Part shown: in pieces, positions 18,526 through 29,746 of the stretch
Numbering within the stretch: position 1 is the first letter of the stretch
How the letters are laid out: each line of letters starts with the position of its first letter
Assembly (NCBI GenBank): GCA_041398145.1
Contig: JAWKVF010000007.1
Span: 2,385 to 66,384 of the forward strand
Length of the DNA stretch: 64,000 nt
Reading direction: 5' to 3'
Origin: Parvularculaceae bacterium
GTDB lineage: Bacteria; Pseudomonadota; Alphaproteobacteria; Caulobacterales; Parvularculaceae
Notes under the pieces: model-generated
The model's input: only the letters and a program-made list of their open reading frames with translations
Database searches by the model: none
What the model was told of the DNA's origin: nothing
Translations under genes and position numbers: made by a program

Positions 18526-19056
18526 ATGACGGCCAAATCGAGCTTCACCAAAGAAGAGCTAATCGAATGCGGACAGCACGGGTTTCGCGGTCCCGGTACG
18601 GCGCAGCTCCCGGTTCCGCCAATGCTGATGTTCGACCGCATCAGCCATATCGCCGCCGATGACGGCGCTTACGGCAAGGGCTCGATCATCGCCGAACTCG
18701 ATGTCGACCCGTCGCTGTGGTTTTTCGAATGCCATTTTCCTGGCGATCCGGTGATGCCCGGCTGCCTTGGCCTTGACGCGCTGTGGCAACTGGTCGGGTT
18801 TTTCCTGACCTGGTCGGGCTATCCCGGCCATGGCCGCGCGCTCGGCGCGAAGGACGTAAGATTTTTCGGCACGGTGGTTCCCGGCGCCAAGCTGGTGACG
18901 TATGAACTAGATATTCGCCGCACCATGGGCCGTCCGATGATTCTCGGCATCGCCAGCGGCGTTGTGAAAGTCGACGGCAAACAGATTTATGAGGCGAAGG
19001 ATCTGCGCGTAGGGTTGTTCTCCGATGAGCAACTCAAAGCCGGCATCAACGCCTGA
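18526..19056 (+). CDS. fabA: 3-hydroxyacyl-ACP dehydratase/isomerase FabA
   Basis: LPVPPMLMFDRI, WFFECHFPGDPVMPGCLGLDALWQLVGF. Confidence 0.97.
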   Translation: MTAKSSFTKEELIECGQHGFRGPGTAQLPVPPMLMFDRISHIAADDGAYGKGSIIAELDVDPSLWFFECHFPGDPVMPGCLGLDALWQLVGFFLTWSGYPGHGRALGAKDVRFFGTVVPGAKLVTYELDIRRTMGRPMILGIASGVVKVDGKQIYEAKDLRVGLFSDEQLKAGINA

Positions 19057-19085
19057 GCGTGACCCCGGGGCATAGTGGAGGGCGT

Positions 19086-20306
19086 ATGCGTCGCGTAGCG
19101 ATTACTGGAATGGGCGTCGTGTCTTCAATCGGCGGTAATGTCGCCGAGGTGACGCGCTCGCTGAAAGAAGCCAAATCCGGCGTCAGCTTTGCGCCCGAAT
19201 TCGCCGATCACGGATTCAAGTGCCAAGTCTATGCGCGCCCCGGTGTCGATGTCGAAACCGCGCTCGACCGGCGCACGCGGCGCTTCATGGGCGAGGGCGC
19301 GGCGTGGAACTACATCGCCATGCAAGAGGCGATTGAAGATTCAAGGCTGGCGCCGGACGAGATTTCGCACCCGATGACCGGAATCGTCATGGGCTCGGGC
19401 GGGCCTTCGACCAAAGCGGTGGTCGACGCCGCCGACATCACCCGCGAGACCGGCTCGACGCGCAAAATCGGCCCGACCGCGGTTCCCAAGGCGATGTCGT
19501 CGACGAACGCCGCCTGTCTTGCCGTGCCGTTCAAGATTCTCGGGGTCAACTATTCGATCTCGTCGGCCTGCGCGACGTCGGTGCACTGCATCGGCGCGGC
19601 CGCCGAGCAGATCATGTGGGGCAAGCAGGACGTGGTGTTCGCCGGCGGCGGCGAGGAGCTGCACTGGTCGCTCGCCAATCTGTTCGACGCCATGGGCGCG
19701 ATGGCGACCGCCTATAACGATAATCCGTCGACCGCCAGCCGCGCCTATGACAAGGACCGCGACGGCTTTGTCATCGCCGGCGGCGCTGGCGTCGTCGTGC
19801 TCGAAGAGATGGAGCGCGCCAAGGCGCGCGGCGCGACGATCTATGGCGAAATCGTTGGCTATTACGCCAATTCCGACGGTTATGACATGGTCCAGCTCTC
19901 CGGCGAGGGCGCGGTCAGGTGCATGCGCGCAGCGCTGGAAACGGTTCGCCAGCCAATTGACTACGTCAACACCCACGGCACCTCGACGCCGGTCGGCGAT
20001 TCAAAGGAAACCGCGGCGCTGCGCGACGTGTTCGGCAAGGATATCCCGCCGTTTTCGTCGACCAAATCGCTGACCGGGCACTCGCTTGGCGCGGTCGGCG
20101 CGCAGGAGACGATCTATTCGCTGATCATGATGAAAGAGCGGTTTCTCTGTGAAAGCGCGCATATCGAAAACCTCGATCCTGAATTCGAGGGCCTGCCGAT
20201 CATCCGTGAACGTATTGATGATGCCAGGATCGACTGTTTCCTTACCAATTCCTTTGGCTTCGGCGGCACCAATGGTTGCCTGGTGGTCGCGCGCGCCGAA
20301 AGCTGA
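19086..20306 (+). CDS. fabB: Beta-ketoacyl-ACP synthase I
   Basis: NYSISSACATS, NTHGTSTPVGD, GHSLGA, NSFGFGGTN. Confidence 0.96.
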   Translation: MRRVAITGMGVVSSIGGNVAEVTRSLKEAKSGVSFAPEFADHGFKCQVYARPGVDVETALDRRTRRFMGEGAAWNYIAMQEAIEDSRLAPDEISHPMTGIVMGSGGPSTKAVVDAADITRETGSTRKIGPTAVPKAMSSTNAACLAVPFKILGVNYSISSACATSVHCIGAAAEQIMWGKQDVVFAGGGEELHWSLANLFDAMGAMATAYNDNPSTASRAYDKDRDGFVIAGGAGVVVLEEMERAKARGATIYGEIVGYYANSDGYDMVQLSGEGAVRCMRAALETVRQPIDYVNTHGTSTPVGDSKETAALRDVFGKDIPPFSSTKSLTGHSLGAVGAQETIYSLIMMKERFLCESAHIENLDPEFEGLPIIRERIDDARIDCFLTNSFGFGGTNGCLVVARAES

Positions 20307-20369
20307 AATTCGACATGATATTATCTGCGTAACGCCGCCGTGCGCCGTGCGCCTGATGAAAGGCCGACT

Positions 20370-21200
20370 ATGACCATGAGTTCCGGGACTGATACCGCCG
20401 GTTTTCCCGCCGGCGAGCTGATGAAGGGCAAGCGCGGCGTCGTTATGGGCGTCGCCAACAAGAATTCGATCGCGTGGGGCATCGCCCGGCAATTGCGCGC
20501 GCAGGGCGCGGAGCTTTGCTTTACCTTCATCGAGGCGATGGAAGCGCGGGTGCGCGCGCTGGCCGACACGATCAGCGTTGATTTTCTGGTCAAGGCCGAC
20601 GTCACCAGTGATGACGACATGAACGCGGCGTTCACCGAAATCGAAAAGAAATGGGGAAGCATCGATTTTCTCGTGCACGCCATCGCCTATACCGACAAGG
20701 AAGCACTGAAAGGCTCGTTCGTCGAGAACACCACAAGGCAGAACTTCAAGGACACCATGGATGTGTCGGCGTTTTCATTCGTCGACGCGGCGCGCCGCGC
20801 GTCAGCGCTGATGCCCAATGGCGGCGCGATGGTGACGCTCACCTATCTTGGCGCCGAGCGCGTGGTGCCGAACTATAACGTCATGGGCGTCGCCAAGGCG
20901 GCGCTTGAAGCCTCGATGCGCTATGTCGCGCGCGATCTCGGCCCCAAGGGCATTCGCGTCAACGCGATTTCCGCGGGGCCGATGAAAACCCTCGCCATGG
21001 CCGGCATATCAGGCGGGCGCCAGTTGATGTCGACCGGTCGCGACTGGTCGCTGTTAAAAGAAGACACGACGATGGAAGGCGTCGCCGGCTCGGCGCTTTA
21101 CCTGCTGTCCGATCTCGGTCTTTCCTGCGCCGGCGAAGTGCTTCACGTCGATGCGGGCTTCCATGTCGTCGCCGTGCCGAGCATGCCTGACGGCGAATAA
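20370..21200 (+). CDS. fabI: Enoyl-ACP reductase FabI
   Basis: MGVANKNSIAWGIA, YNVMGVAKAALE, NAISAGP. Confidence 0.95.
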   Translation: MTMSSGTDTAGFPAGELMKGKRGVVMGVANKNSIAWGIARQLRAQGAELCFTFIEAMEARVRALADTISVDFLVKADVTSDDDMNAAFTEIEKKWGSIDFLVHAIAYTDKEALKGSFVENTTRQNFKDTMDVSAFSFVDAARRASALMPNGGAMVTLTYLGAERVVPNYNVMGVAKAALEASMRYVARDLGPKGIRVNAISAGPMKTLAMAGISGGRQLMSTGRDWSLLKEDTTMEGVAGSALYLLSDLGLSCAGEVLHVDAGFHVVAVPSMPDGE

Positions 21201-21354
21201 TCAGCGCTGACCATCCGCACGGTGACGAATGCGCAAATTGCGCGCATTTGTCATCGCGCCGACACGGCGTTGACAAAAAAATTTTTGAAAAACTGAACCC
21301 GCCCATCACAAAACCGCTTTAGCACGCCTCCGCATTGGGTGCGGGGGCTATGCG

Positions 21355-22281
21355 ATGCGCAAAACGCAACACTGGGTGACTCTTGGCGCGGCGATGGTCG
21401 TCGCCGGGGTGTTTTTCATTGCTCAGGACGGGCTGGCGTCACGTCCTGCTTATCATCGGGCGCAGGCGCTTTACGCCGGGCCGGTGGATAAAGTCATTGC
21501 TGTCGGCCATCGCGGCGCCAAACATTTCGCGCCGGAAAACACGCTCGCCAGTTACGACAAGGCGGTCGCGCTGGGCGCGCGCGTCGTCGAGATTGATGCG
21601 CGCGCGACGGCCGACGGGCATTTCGTCGCCATGCACGACCCATGGGTGAACCGCACAACCGACGGCGCCGGGCTGGTGTCGATGTTGACCCTTGCCGAGA
21701 TCGAGCGCCTTGACGCCGGCTCATGGTTTGGCGCTGAGTTCGCTGGCGAAAAAGTGCCGACGCTGCGCGAGGCGCTGCGTCATCTGAAAGGGCGCGCGGC
21801 CATCGACATTGACTTCAAGTCCGGTCCGGCGAATTCAGGCGAGTTGATCGCCGCCATACTCGATGAAGAGGGGTATGCTGACGGACCGCTGGTGACGATC
21901 TTCGCGCGCGCGTGGAGTTATGACAAAGTCAAGGCGGCGTCGCCCCGCTATGCGCTGCGTCCGGTCTGGCGCGGGCGCGACCTTGCCGGCCGTCAGGCGC
22001 ACGAAGACGGCGTCGAGATTTTCGGCATGCGTCGGCGCGCCTTCAGCTTTGAACGCGCGCAAGAGATCCGCAATGACGGCTTTACACTGTTCGCCAATAC
22101 CATGGGCGCTGATGATAACGAGCGCAGTTTCGCCGACAATGTGCTGGCTGGCGCCCGCTTTATCCAGACCGACAATCTCGATTTGCTTGCGCCGTTTCTT
22201 GCCGAGCGGGGTCTGTTGATGACCTGCGTGCCGGCGCGCGATTTTTCATGCTGGACGCCGCGACAGGAGGTCGTTTCATAA
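21355..22281 (+). CDS. Glycerophosphodiester phosphodiesterase family protein, N-terminal anchor
   Basis: VGHRGAKHFAPENTLASY, EIDARATADGHFVAMHD, IQTDN. Confidence 0.9.
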   Translation: MRKTQHWVTLGAAMVVAGVFFIAQDGLASRPAYHRAQALYAGPVDKVIAVGHRGAKHFAPENTLASYDKAVALGARVVEIDARATADGHFVAMHDPWVNRTTDGAGLVSMLTLAEIERLDAGSWFGAEFAGEKVPTLREALRHLKGRAAIDIDFKSGPANSGELIAAILDEEGYADGPLVTIFARAWSYDKVKAASPRYALRPVWRGRDLAGRQAHEDGVEIFGMRRRAFSFERAQEIRNDGFTLFANTMGADDNERSFADNVLAGARFIQTDNLDLLAPFLAERGLLMTCVPARDFSCWTPRQEVVS

Positions 22282-22382
22282 AGCGTTTCCCGGCGAAGTG
22301 TGTGCGGTTCGCCGTGTGGAAACGCGTCAAAACAAGACCTTAAAGCGACGCCCTGATTGCGTTTGAAGCTGCGACGCTACAG
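22279..22382 (+). repeat. ~104-bp two-hairpin repeat, copy 4, starting at the GDPD stop codon
   Basis: TAAAGCGTTTCC-CGGCGAAGTGTGTGCGGTTCGCCG-TGTGGAAACGC, spacer, second imperfect arm. Confidence 0.6.
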
Positions 22383-22485
22383 GGCCGATTGCGTCTCGTG
22401 CGATTCAGCAATCGTCACGAAATTTATGATGGAGCCTGTTGCGAACCGGGAAACCGGTGAACCCCTTTTCCTGCAACGGGCTTTA
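22378..22485 (-). repeat. ~108-bp two-hairpin repeat, copy 5, starting at the DUF885 stop codon; converges on copy 4
   Basis: Minus strand: TAAAGCCCGTTGC...GAAAAGGGGTTCACCGGTT...GCAACAGGC, then GATTGC...GCAATC, ending TGTAG. Confidence 0.6.
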
Positions 22486-24411
22486 AACGCCTTTTTTGAC
22501 GCTGATCCAGTTGGTGACGACGCCGTCCACCACCGGCAGGGGCGCTTCGCCGACCGACAGAACGACATCGTGAAATTCGCGAATGTCAAAATCGGGGCCA
22601 AGCTCGTCTTCGGCCATGGCGCGCAATTCCTGGAACTTGATCATGCCCAGCTTATAGGCGCAGGCCTGCCCCGGAATGGCGGCGTAGCGTTCGATCTCCC
22701 GTGTCATTGACGCGCGGGTCTGGCCGGTCACTTCGACGATGTAATCGATGGCTTCCTCGCGCGTCCACTGCTTGGCGTGCAGCCCGGTGTCAACGACTAG
22801 GCGCGCGGCGCGGAACAGCTCCGCCTGCAACCGGCCGAGGTCGCCGCGCGGGTCGTTCTCATACATTCCCATTTCCTTGGCCAGCGCCTCGGCGTAGAGC
22901 GCCCAGCCCTCGGCGTATTCGGAATAGCCGAGCATGTTGCGCATCAATGGCATGTTGGGGATCGCCCGTTGGAACGACGCCTGGAAATGATGGCCCGGCA
23001 CGGCTTCATGATAGGTCAGCGATTTCAGCGAATGCTTCGGGTTGTCGGCGGTGTTTTTCAGATTGATCCAGTATATGCCGGGCCGCGCGCCGTCGAGCGA
23101 AGGGCCGGTGTAATACCCGCCCGGCGAGGAATTTTGTTCGCTGACCGGAATGCGCCGCACCTCGACCTGCTGGCTGGGCGTCGTGCCGAACCACTGCGGC
23201 GCTTTTTGCATGACGCCCGCGACGTCGCCGCGCAGCGATTGCAGTAGCGCGTCACGGCCTTCATCCGTGTTCGGATAAAGGTTGTCGGCTTCCTCCGACA
23301 TTTTGACCATGCGCGCGGCGACCGACCCGTCGGCATAACCGATGGATTTCAGCAAAATGTCCATTTCTTCGGTGATGCGCGCGACCTCCAAAAGCCCAAG
23401 ATCGTGAATTTCATCGCCGGTGCGCCCGCCGCCGCCATAGCTGGTGAGCGCCATCTGGTAAAACGCTGCGCCCTCAGGGCCGAGCCGCCACACGCCAGCG
23501 TCGTCATCGCTTTGTTGCAGCATCGATTCAAGCTGTGCGCCAAGCCGGGCATAAGCCGGATAGACGACGTTCTCGACCGCCGCCGCCGCGCGCGCCGAAA
23601 ATTCGACTTTCTCCTCGTCGTTGAGACCGGGGATTGAGGCCATGCGCTCGTTCAGCGTTTCGACCAGCGGGTTCTCTCCTGGCGGCTGGGTGGTAAATCC
23701 TTCAACGACGCCGATCGCGCCCTCGATGACGAAACGCGGCGGCACGATGCCGTAGGCGGCGTCGGAGCCGATAGTCTCGATGATTTCATCAAACGCGCGG
23801 CCAAACTCGTCAAGCCGCGCCAGATAGGCGCTGACATGGTCGGCGCTGTCGAGCGGGTGCTGGGTTTGCAGCATGCGCGGCAGATAGATGTGCGGGCCGG
23901 TAAGCTGGGTCAGGAAATAGGGCGAGATCGCCCAGGCGTCGCCGGAATTGGGCAGGCTGGCGCCGAACGCCGTCGCGCCGCCGAAGTCAAACTGGTTGCG
24001 GCGTGCAGCGCTGTCATAAGCGTTTTTCAAAATGTCGTAGGTAACGCGGTCGTCGGCGCCCAGATCGTCGCGATTAAAGCCGCGTAATTCCTGAAGGAAG
24101 CTTTCATTCAAAAGCCGCGCTTCGTGGTGGGCCTCAAAGCCGTATCCGCCGAGGCGCGAAAGATAACCGGGGCCGGCGACGCCCTCGCTGACGCCAAGAT
24201 CGGTCGCGGTTTCCGGCGCGGTGTGCAGGAAGCTGGCGGCATGATCCTCCGCCATCTGACGAAATGCGGCGGTCGGGTTCGGCGCTGCCGGCGCTTCGGC
24301 TTCGGCCGCCGCCGGGGCGCCGGCGCCGGCGGGCCCCCTGTCGCAGGCCGCGAGCGAAAGCCCTGCGAGAGCGGCAAGGGTGATGATCGGTGATGATTTC
24401 AAACAGGCCAT
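22483..24411 (-). CDS. DUF885 family lipoprotein (putative metallopeptidase)
   Basis: Lipobox LAAC; YHEAVPGHHFQ, YAEGWALYAE, PGQACAYKLG; GGAGA RBS. Confidence 0.92.
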   Translation of the reverse strand: MACLKSSPIITLAALAGLSLAACDRGPAGAGAPAAAEAEAPAAPNPTAAFRQMAEDHAASFLHTAPETATDLGVSEGVAGPGYLSRLGGYGFEAHHEARLLNESFLQELRGFNRDDLGADDRVTYDILKNAYDSAARRNQFDFGGATAFGASLPNSGDAWAISPYFLTQLTGPHIYLPRMLQTQHPLDSADHVSAYLARLDEFGRAFDEIIETIGSDAAYGIVPPRFVIEGAIGVVEGFTTQPPGENPLVETLNERMASIPGLNDEEKVEFSARAAAAVENVVYPAYARLGAQLESMLQQSDDDAGVWRLGPEGAAFYQMALTSYGGGGRTGDEIHDLGLLEVARITEEMDILLKSIGYADGSVAARMVKMSEEADNLYPNTDEGRDALLQSLRGDVAGVMQKAPQWFGTTPSQQVEVRRIPVSEQNSSPGGYYTGPSLDGARPGIYWINLKNTADNPKHSLKSLTYHEAVPGHHFQASFQRAIPNMPLMRNMLGYSEYAEGWALYAEALAKEMGMYENDPRGDLGRLQAELFRAARLVVDTGLHAKQWTREEAIDYIVEVTGQTRASMTREIERYAAIPGQACAYKLGMIKFQELRAMAEDELGPDFDIREFHDVVLSVGEAPLPVVDGVVTNWISVKKGV

Positions 24412-24647
24412 GATCTCTCCCCGCCTGGCGTCCCCGTCTGGAGTTTTCGACTCAGCGCCCATCATACCCGCGTAATGAGTATGCGCCGACCCCCTCGATA
24501 AAGAAAGAAAGGCAGGTGAAGGCTTCCGGCAACAGGGTTGCGCTACAGTTGTCGCGCCAAATTTCACGCCAGCTTTTCCGCCGCCGGCATAGCCGGGCGC
24601 CCGGACAAAGGCGCAAACCAACCGCGCGCCGGCCAGCGGTCAGCCGC

Positions 24648-24679
24648 AAAAAAAACGGGCCCCGGTTGGGGGCCCGTTT
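24648..24679 (-). terminator. Intrinsic terminator after pnp
   Basis: AACGGGCCCC/GGGGCCCGTT stem followed by an 8-T run on the minus strand. Confidence 0.85.
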
Positions 24680-24701
24680 CAATTTCGCAAGCCGTTTGCG
24701 G

Positions 24702-26834
24702 TTACTCAGCATCGGCCTTTTTCTCGCTCGCGATCTCCTTGCCGGTGTCCTGGTCGACGATCTTCATCGACAGGCGCACCTTGCCGCGATCATCAAAGCC
24801 GAGAAGCTTCACCCAAACCTCATCGCCTTCCTTGACCACGTCGGTGGTCTTTTCCGGCCGACCGTTGGACAATTGCGAGATGTGCACAAGGCCGTCGCGC
24901 GGCCCGAAGAAGTTCACAAACGCGCCGAAGTCCATCGTCTTGACGACCTTGCCTTTGTAGATTTCGCCGACTTCCGGTTCGGCGACGATCGAGTGAATCC
25001 ACTTGTAGGCGGCCTCGATCTTGGCCTTGTCGGAAGACGCGATCTTGATCAGGCCCTCGTCGTTGATGTCGACCTTGGCTCCGGTTTCCTCGACGATCTG
25101 GCGGATGACCTTGCCGCCCGAGCCGATGACGTCGCGGATCTTGTCCTTGGCGATCTGCATGGTCTCGATGCGCGGCGCGTAATCGCCAAGATCGGAACGG
25201 GCGCTGTCGAGCGCCTTGCCCATCTCGCCGAGGATGTGCATGCGGCCGTCCTTGGCCTGCGCCAGGGCGACTTTCATGATCTCCTCGGTGATGCCGGCGA
25301 TCTTGATGTCCATCTGCAGCGAGGTGACGCCTTCGCTGGTGCCGGCGACCTTAAAGTCCATGTCGCCAAGGTGGTCCTCATCGCCGAGAATGTCTGACAG
25401 CACCGCGTATTTTTCGTCCTCAAGGATGAGGCCCATGGCGATGCCCGCGACCGGGCGCTTGACTGGCACGCCGGCGTCCATCAGCGCCAGCGACGAGCCG
25501 CAAACCGTCGCCATGGACGAAGAGCCGTTCGACTCGGTGATCTCCGAGACGAGGCGCAGCACGTACGGGAATTCTTCCTGGCTCGGAATAACCGCCTTCA
25601 TGGCGCGCCAGGCGAGCTTGCCGTGGCCAATCTCGCGTCGCCCGGTAAAGCCCATGCGGCCAACTTCGCCGACCGAATAGGGCGGGAAGTTATAGTGCAG
25701 CAGGAATTGTTCCTTATACGTCCCTGCGAGCGAGTCGATGAACTGCTCGTCTTCGCCGGTGCCCAGCGTGGCGACCACAAGCGCCTGGGTTTCACCGCGG
25801 GTGAACAGCGCCGAACCATGGGTGCGCGGCAGAACGCCGGCTTCCGCGACGATCGGGCGAACGGTTTTGGTGTCGCGCCCATCGATGCGCATGCCGGTGT
25901 CGAGAATGCCCCCGCGCACGATATCGGATTCGATCTTCTTGAAGGCGCCGCCGACAACCGATTTCGACGGGGCGTTTTCATCTTCGTCGTTGCACAGCGC
26001 GTCGACGGCTTTCGCCTTGGCGTTGGCGAGCGCGGCCTGACGGTCCTGTTTGACGACGATTTTATAGGCCGCCTTGACGTCGGCCTCGACAATCTCGCGG
26101 ACCTTGGCTTCAATGGCGGAATTGTCCGGGGCGGCGAAGTCCCACGGCTCCTTGGCGGCGGCTTCGGCGAAGTCGATGATGAGGTCGATCGCCTGTTTCG
26201 CGGCCCTGTGGCCGAAATTGACCGCGCCGAGCATGACGTCTTCTGAAAGCTCTTTGGCTTCCGATTCCACCATCATCACCGCGTTCGCGGTGCCGGCCAT
26301 GACGAGGTCGAGCTTTGACTCGGCCATGTCGTCGAGTTGCGGGTTGAGCGCAAATTCGCCGTTGATATAGCCGACGCGCGCTGCGCCGATGGGGCCGAGG
26401 AACGGCACGCCGCAAATCGTCAGCGCCGCCGAAGCGGCGATCATCGCGACCACGTCGGGATCGTTTTCAAGATCGTGGCTGAGAACCTGCGTGACCACCA
26501 GAACCTCATTCTTGAAGCCCTTGGCGAACAGCGGCCGGATCGGCCGGTCAATAAGGCGCGAGGTCAGCGTTTCCTTTTCGGTCGGGCGGCCTTCACGCTT
26601 GAAATAGCCGCCGGGAATGCGGCCAGAGGCGTAGAATTTTTCCTGGTAGTGAACGGTCAGCGGAAAGAAATCGAAAGCGGGGTTGGGCTCCTTGGCGGCG
26701 GTGACGGCGGCGAGAACGGTGGTCTCGCCGTAGGTGGCCAGAACCGCGCCGTCCGCCTGGCGCGCGATGCGCCCGGATTCGAGCGTCAGCGTGCGTCCGC
26801 CCCACTCAATCGACTTCTTGGTGATGTTAAACAT
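24702..26834 (-). CDS. pnp: Polyribonucleotide nucleotidyltransferase (PNPase)
   Basis: [43 protein letters not shown]; KH and S1 domains. Confidence 0.98.
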   Translation of the reverse strand: MFNITKKSIEWGGRTLTLESGRIARQADGAVLATYGETTVLAAVTAAKEPNPAFDFFPLTVHYQEKFYASGRIPGGYFKREGRPTEKETLTSRLIDRPIRPLFAKGFKNEVLVVTQVLSHDLENDPDVVAMIAASAALTICGVPFLGPIGAARVGYINGEFALNPQLDDMAESKLDLVMAGTANAVMMVESEAKELSEDVMLGAVNFGHRAAKQAIDLIIDFAEAAAKEPWDFAAPDNSAIEAKVREIVEADVKAAYKIVVKQDRQAALANAKAKAVDALCNDEDENAPSKSVVGGAFKKIESDIVRGGILDTGMRIDGRDTKTVRPIVAEAGVLPRTHGSALFTRGETQALVVATLGTGEDEQFIDSLAGTYKEQFLLHYNFPPYSVGEVGRMGFTGRREIGHGKLAWRAMKAVIPSQEEFPYVLRLVSEITESNGSSSMATVCGSSLALMDAGVPVKRPVAGIAMGLILEDEKYAVLSDILGDEDHLGDMDFKVAGTSEGVTSLQMDIKIAGITEEIMKVALAQAKDGRMHILGEMGKALDSARSDLGDYAPRIETMQIAKDKIRDVIGSGGKVIRQIVEETGAKVDINDEGLIKIASSDKAKIEAAYKWIHSIVAEPEVGEIYKGKVVKTMDFGAFVNFFGPRDGLVHISQLSNGRPEKTTDVVKEGDEVWVKLLGFDDRGKVRLSMKIVDQDTGKEIASEKKADAE

Positions 26835-26959
26835 GGTTTTTCTTCTCTTCTTTTCGTGATGCGCCGGGCGCGGATCGCCTGACGCGGGGTGTGTAGCCTG
26901 ATGACGGCCCGCCAAATGCGTGACGCCCGCCGGTGTGGCGGGCGCTAAGCGGCGGTCGT

Positions 26960-27721
26960 TTATCGCGGCTGCATTCTGATGGCGCCGTCAAGCCTGATGG
27001 TCTCGCCGTTCAAATAGCTGTTTCGGCAGATTTCAAGCGCGAGCGACGCGTATTCCTCAGGCTTGCCGAGGCGTTTGGGGAACGGCACCATGGCGGCGAG
27101 CGCGTCCTGAATCTTCTGGTCCATGCCCGCCATCATCGGCGTCCAGAAAATGCCGGGGGCGATGGTGTTGACGCGCACGCCGATGCTCATCAAATCGCGC
27201 GCAATCGGCAGCGTCATGCCGGCGACGCCGGCTTTCGACGCGCTATAGGCGGCCTGGCCGATCTGGCCGTCAAACGCTGCGACTGAGGCGGTGTTGATGA
27301 TGGCGCCGCGTTCGCCGTCGTCGAGCGGGTCGAGTTTTTCCATTGCGTCGGCGACGATGCGGATGCAGTTGAAGGTGCCGAGCAGGTTGATGTCGATGAC
27401 GCGCTTGAAGCTTTCAAGCTTGTGCGCGCCGTTCTTGCCGACGGTCTTTTCGCCAATGGCGACGCCGGCGCAATTGACGAGGAAGCGCGGCGCCCCGACG
27501 GCGGCGACGGTCTTTTCCAGCGCCGCCTTGACGCTGTTTTCGTCAGCGACATTGGTGCTGCAAAAAACCCCGCCAAGCTCGGCGGCGAGCTCATTTCCCT
27601 TGTCTTCATTCAGATCCCAGAGGGCGACCTTGACGCCTTCTTTTGCGAGACCGCGAGCGGTGGCCGCCCCCAGTCCTGATGCCCCGCCCGTGATGACAGC
27701 GGAATGGCCGGCAAGCAGCAT
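26960..27721 (-). CDS. SDR oxidoreductase, 3-hydroxyacyl-CoA dehydrogenase type 2 (HSD10-like)
   Basis: [46 protein letters not shown]. Confidence 0.92.
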   Translation of the reverse strand: MLLAGHSAVITGGASGLGAATARGLAKEGVKVALWDLNEDKGNELAAELGGVFCSTNVADENSVKAALEKTVAAVGAPRFLVNCAGVAIGEKTVGKNGAHKLESFKRVIDINLLGTFNCIRIVADAMEKLDPLDDGERGAIINTASVAAFDGQIGQAAYSASKAGVAGMTLPIARDLMSIGVRVNTIAPGIFWTPMMAGMDQKIQDALAAMVPFPKRLGKPEEYASLALEICRNSYLNGETIRLDGAIRMQPR

Positions 27722-27795
27722 AAAATTCTCCAATTCTGACGTTCGCCGACGGGCGCCGGATTGCGCACGCCGGAAAATGGGTCGCGGTAACGCGC

Positions 27796-28065
27796 TTAGC
27801 GGCGCAGGCCGAGACGCTCGATCAGCGACTGGTAGCGCGCTTCGTCGTTCTTCTTCACATAGTCGAGCAGACGTCGACGCTGCGAGACCAGCTTCAGCAG
27901 GCCGCGGCGCGAATGGTTGTCTTTCTTGTGGTCTTTAAAGTGCTCGGTCAGATTGGCGATGCGCTCCGACAGGATGGCGACCTGTACTTCCGGCGAGCCG
28001 GTGTCGTCCGCTTTGGTTGCATATTCCTTGATGAGCTGCGCCTTGCGCTCGGCCGTAATCGACAT
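27796..28065 (-). CDS. rpsO: 30S ribosomal protein S15
   Basis: [16 protein letters not shown]...[12 protein letters not shown]. Confidence 0.98.
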   Translation of the reverse strand: MSITAERKAQLIKEYATKADDTGSPEVQVAILSERIANLTEHFKDHKKDNHSRRGLLKLVSQRRRLLDYVKKNDEARYQSLIERLGLRR

Positions 28066-28135
28066 GTCGTTCTCTCCGCGGCGTCGATAATAAATGGGCC
28101 CCGCCGGGACGCCGTCCAGCGAGGTCGGGAATTGG
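28066..28135 (-). promoter_or_regulatory. Candidate rpsO (S15) autoregulatory leader
   Basis: 5' UTR contains GCTGGACGGCGTCCCGGC, resembling (from memory) alphaproteobacterial S15-binding leaders; not computationally confirmed. Confidence 0.4.
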
Positions 28136-28178
28136 CGCGGCTTATGGGGGAAAAAGCCGGCGATGGCAAGGGCGCGGC

Positions 28179-29114
28179 TCAATCGAGGTTAAACACACGC
28201 GTCGGCTTCAGCTTCAGCCCGTCAAGCTCGCACAGCGCCACGGCCTCGCCATGCAGCGAGGCGACGACGGCGGGGATGAACCCGGCGGTCTCGCCGCGCA
28301 CGCCCTTGGCGGTCGCCGGCGAAATCACGGCCGGCTGGCCCCGGCGCAGTTTCTCCGCCTCCGGTCCGCCAATCGCCGCCTGCGGCAGGTGCGACAGCGC
28401 CAGATCAATCGGCAACAGCGCCTCGTCACGCGCCTCGACCGCCGCCATCGCTTCCAACTCGGCGACAGTGACGCCGTCATCTGCGTGGAACGGGCCGACC
28501 GCGACGCGGCGCAGGGCGCTGACATGGCCCTGCGTGCCGAGAGCGACGCCCATGTCGCGCACCAGCGCGCGGATATAGGCGCCCTTGCCAGTGACGGCCT
28601 CGAACACCGCGTGGTCGGCGTCGGGGGTGTCGACCAGCGTCAGTTCGTGCACGTCGATCAGCCGGGTCGGCAGTTCGACCGTCTCGCCCTCGCGGGCAAG
28701 GTCATAGGCGCGTTCGCCGCCGACCTTGATTGCGGAAAATTGTGGCGGCGTCTGTTCGATCTCGCCGGTGAAATCGTCAAGGATCGCGTCGATATCGGCG
28801 CGCGTCGGGCGATGATCCGAACGCGCGATAACCTCGCCCTCGCTGTCGTCGGTCGCCGTCGCCGCGCCCCATTGCGCGGTGAAGCGATAGCGCTTGGTCG
28901 CGTCCATCACATAGGGGACGGTTTTGGTCGCCTCGCCAAAGGCGATCGGCAGGACGCCAGTGGCGAGCGGGTCAAGCGTGCCGGCGTGGCCGGCCTTTTG
29001 CGCCTGAAACAGCCATTTCAGTTTCGAAACGGCTTCGGTTGAGCCCATGTCATAGGATTTGTCGAGGATGATCCAGCCGTTGACGGGCCGGCCCTTTTTT
29101 CGGCGTTTGCTCAT
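28179..29114 (-). CDS. truB: tRNA pseudouridine(55) synthase TruB
   Basis: [44 protein letters not shown]. Confidence 0.97.
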   Translation of the reverse strand: MSKRRKKGRPVNGWIILDKSYDMGSTEAVSKLKWLFQAQKAGHAGTLDPLATGVLPIAFGEATKTVPYVMDATKRYRFTAQWGAATATDDSEGEVIARSDHRPTRADIDAILDDFTGEIEQTPPQFSAIKVGGERAYDLAREGETVELPTRLIDVHELTLVDTPDADHAVFEAVTGKGAYIRALVRDMGVALGTQGHVSALRRVAVGPFHADDGVTVAELEAMAAVEARDEALLPIDLALSHLPQAAIGGPEAEKLRRGQPAVISPATAKGVRGETAGFIPAVVASLHGEAVALCELDGLKLKPTRVFNLD

Positions 29115-29228
29115 TGATGTCTTTCAGGTTCTCGAAGGAATGCGCGCCGGATCGGACGGCTGCGCGTTCGGCGCGGTTCAACCAGCCACGCGCCGGTTCG
29201 TCAAGTCGGCGTGCGGTCATCCGGGCAT

Positions 29229-29339
29229 CTAGAGCGCATTCCGAAAAGTGGGAACCGGTTCGTCGCAAGAAAATGCGACCCGACAAATAGTTAGCGCAAT
29301 TTCGCGCTTCAGTTTGAATGCAAATTGCTCGAGCGCTAG
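29229..29339 (+). repeat. ~111-bp two-hairpin repeat, copy 6, whose terminal CTAG contains the rbfA stop codon
   Basis: Shares GTGGGAACCGGTTCGTCGCAAGAAAA and TTGAATGCAAATTGCTC with copy 1; sits between rbfA and truB. Confidence 0.85.
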
Positions 29340-29746
29340 TCGTCGTGGTGCAGGTCACGGGCGACTTTTGGCGAGGCGAGCAATTCGTCGATGCGGCGCG
29401 CTTCAGAGAAACTGTCGTCGTCGCGAAAGATCAGCGCCGGCGTAAATTTCATGTCGATCTTCTGGCCCAACAAATGCCGTAGATGCGGCGCGGCGTGGGC
29501 CAGCGCCTTGATGATCTCGGGGTGTTTTTCCTTGTCGATCGAGGCGCCCAGCGGCGAGCAGTAAACGGTCGCCTGTTTCAAATCCGGCGACATCCTCACC
29601 TCCGTCAGGGTGATAGAAACGCCGTGCAGCGCCGGGTCGCGCAGATCTTCGCGCTGGAAGATTTCGACAAGCGCATGACGCACCAGCTCGCCGGCGCGCA
29701 GCATGCGTTGCGACGGGCCTCTCGATGAAGAAAAACGTCTGGTCAT
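29336..29746 (-). CDS. rbfA: Ribosome-binding factor A
   Basis: SQRMLRAGELVRHAL, VRMSPDLKQA, KFTPALIFRDD. Confidence 0.96.
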   Translation of the reverse strand: MTRRFSSSRGPSQRMLRAGELVRHALVEIFQREDLRDPALHGVSITLTEVRMSPDLKQATVYCSPLGASIDKEKHPEIIKALAHAAPHLRHLLGQKIDMKFTPALIFRDDDSFSEARRIDELLASPKVARDLHHDD

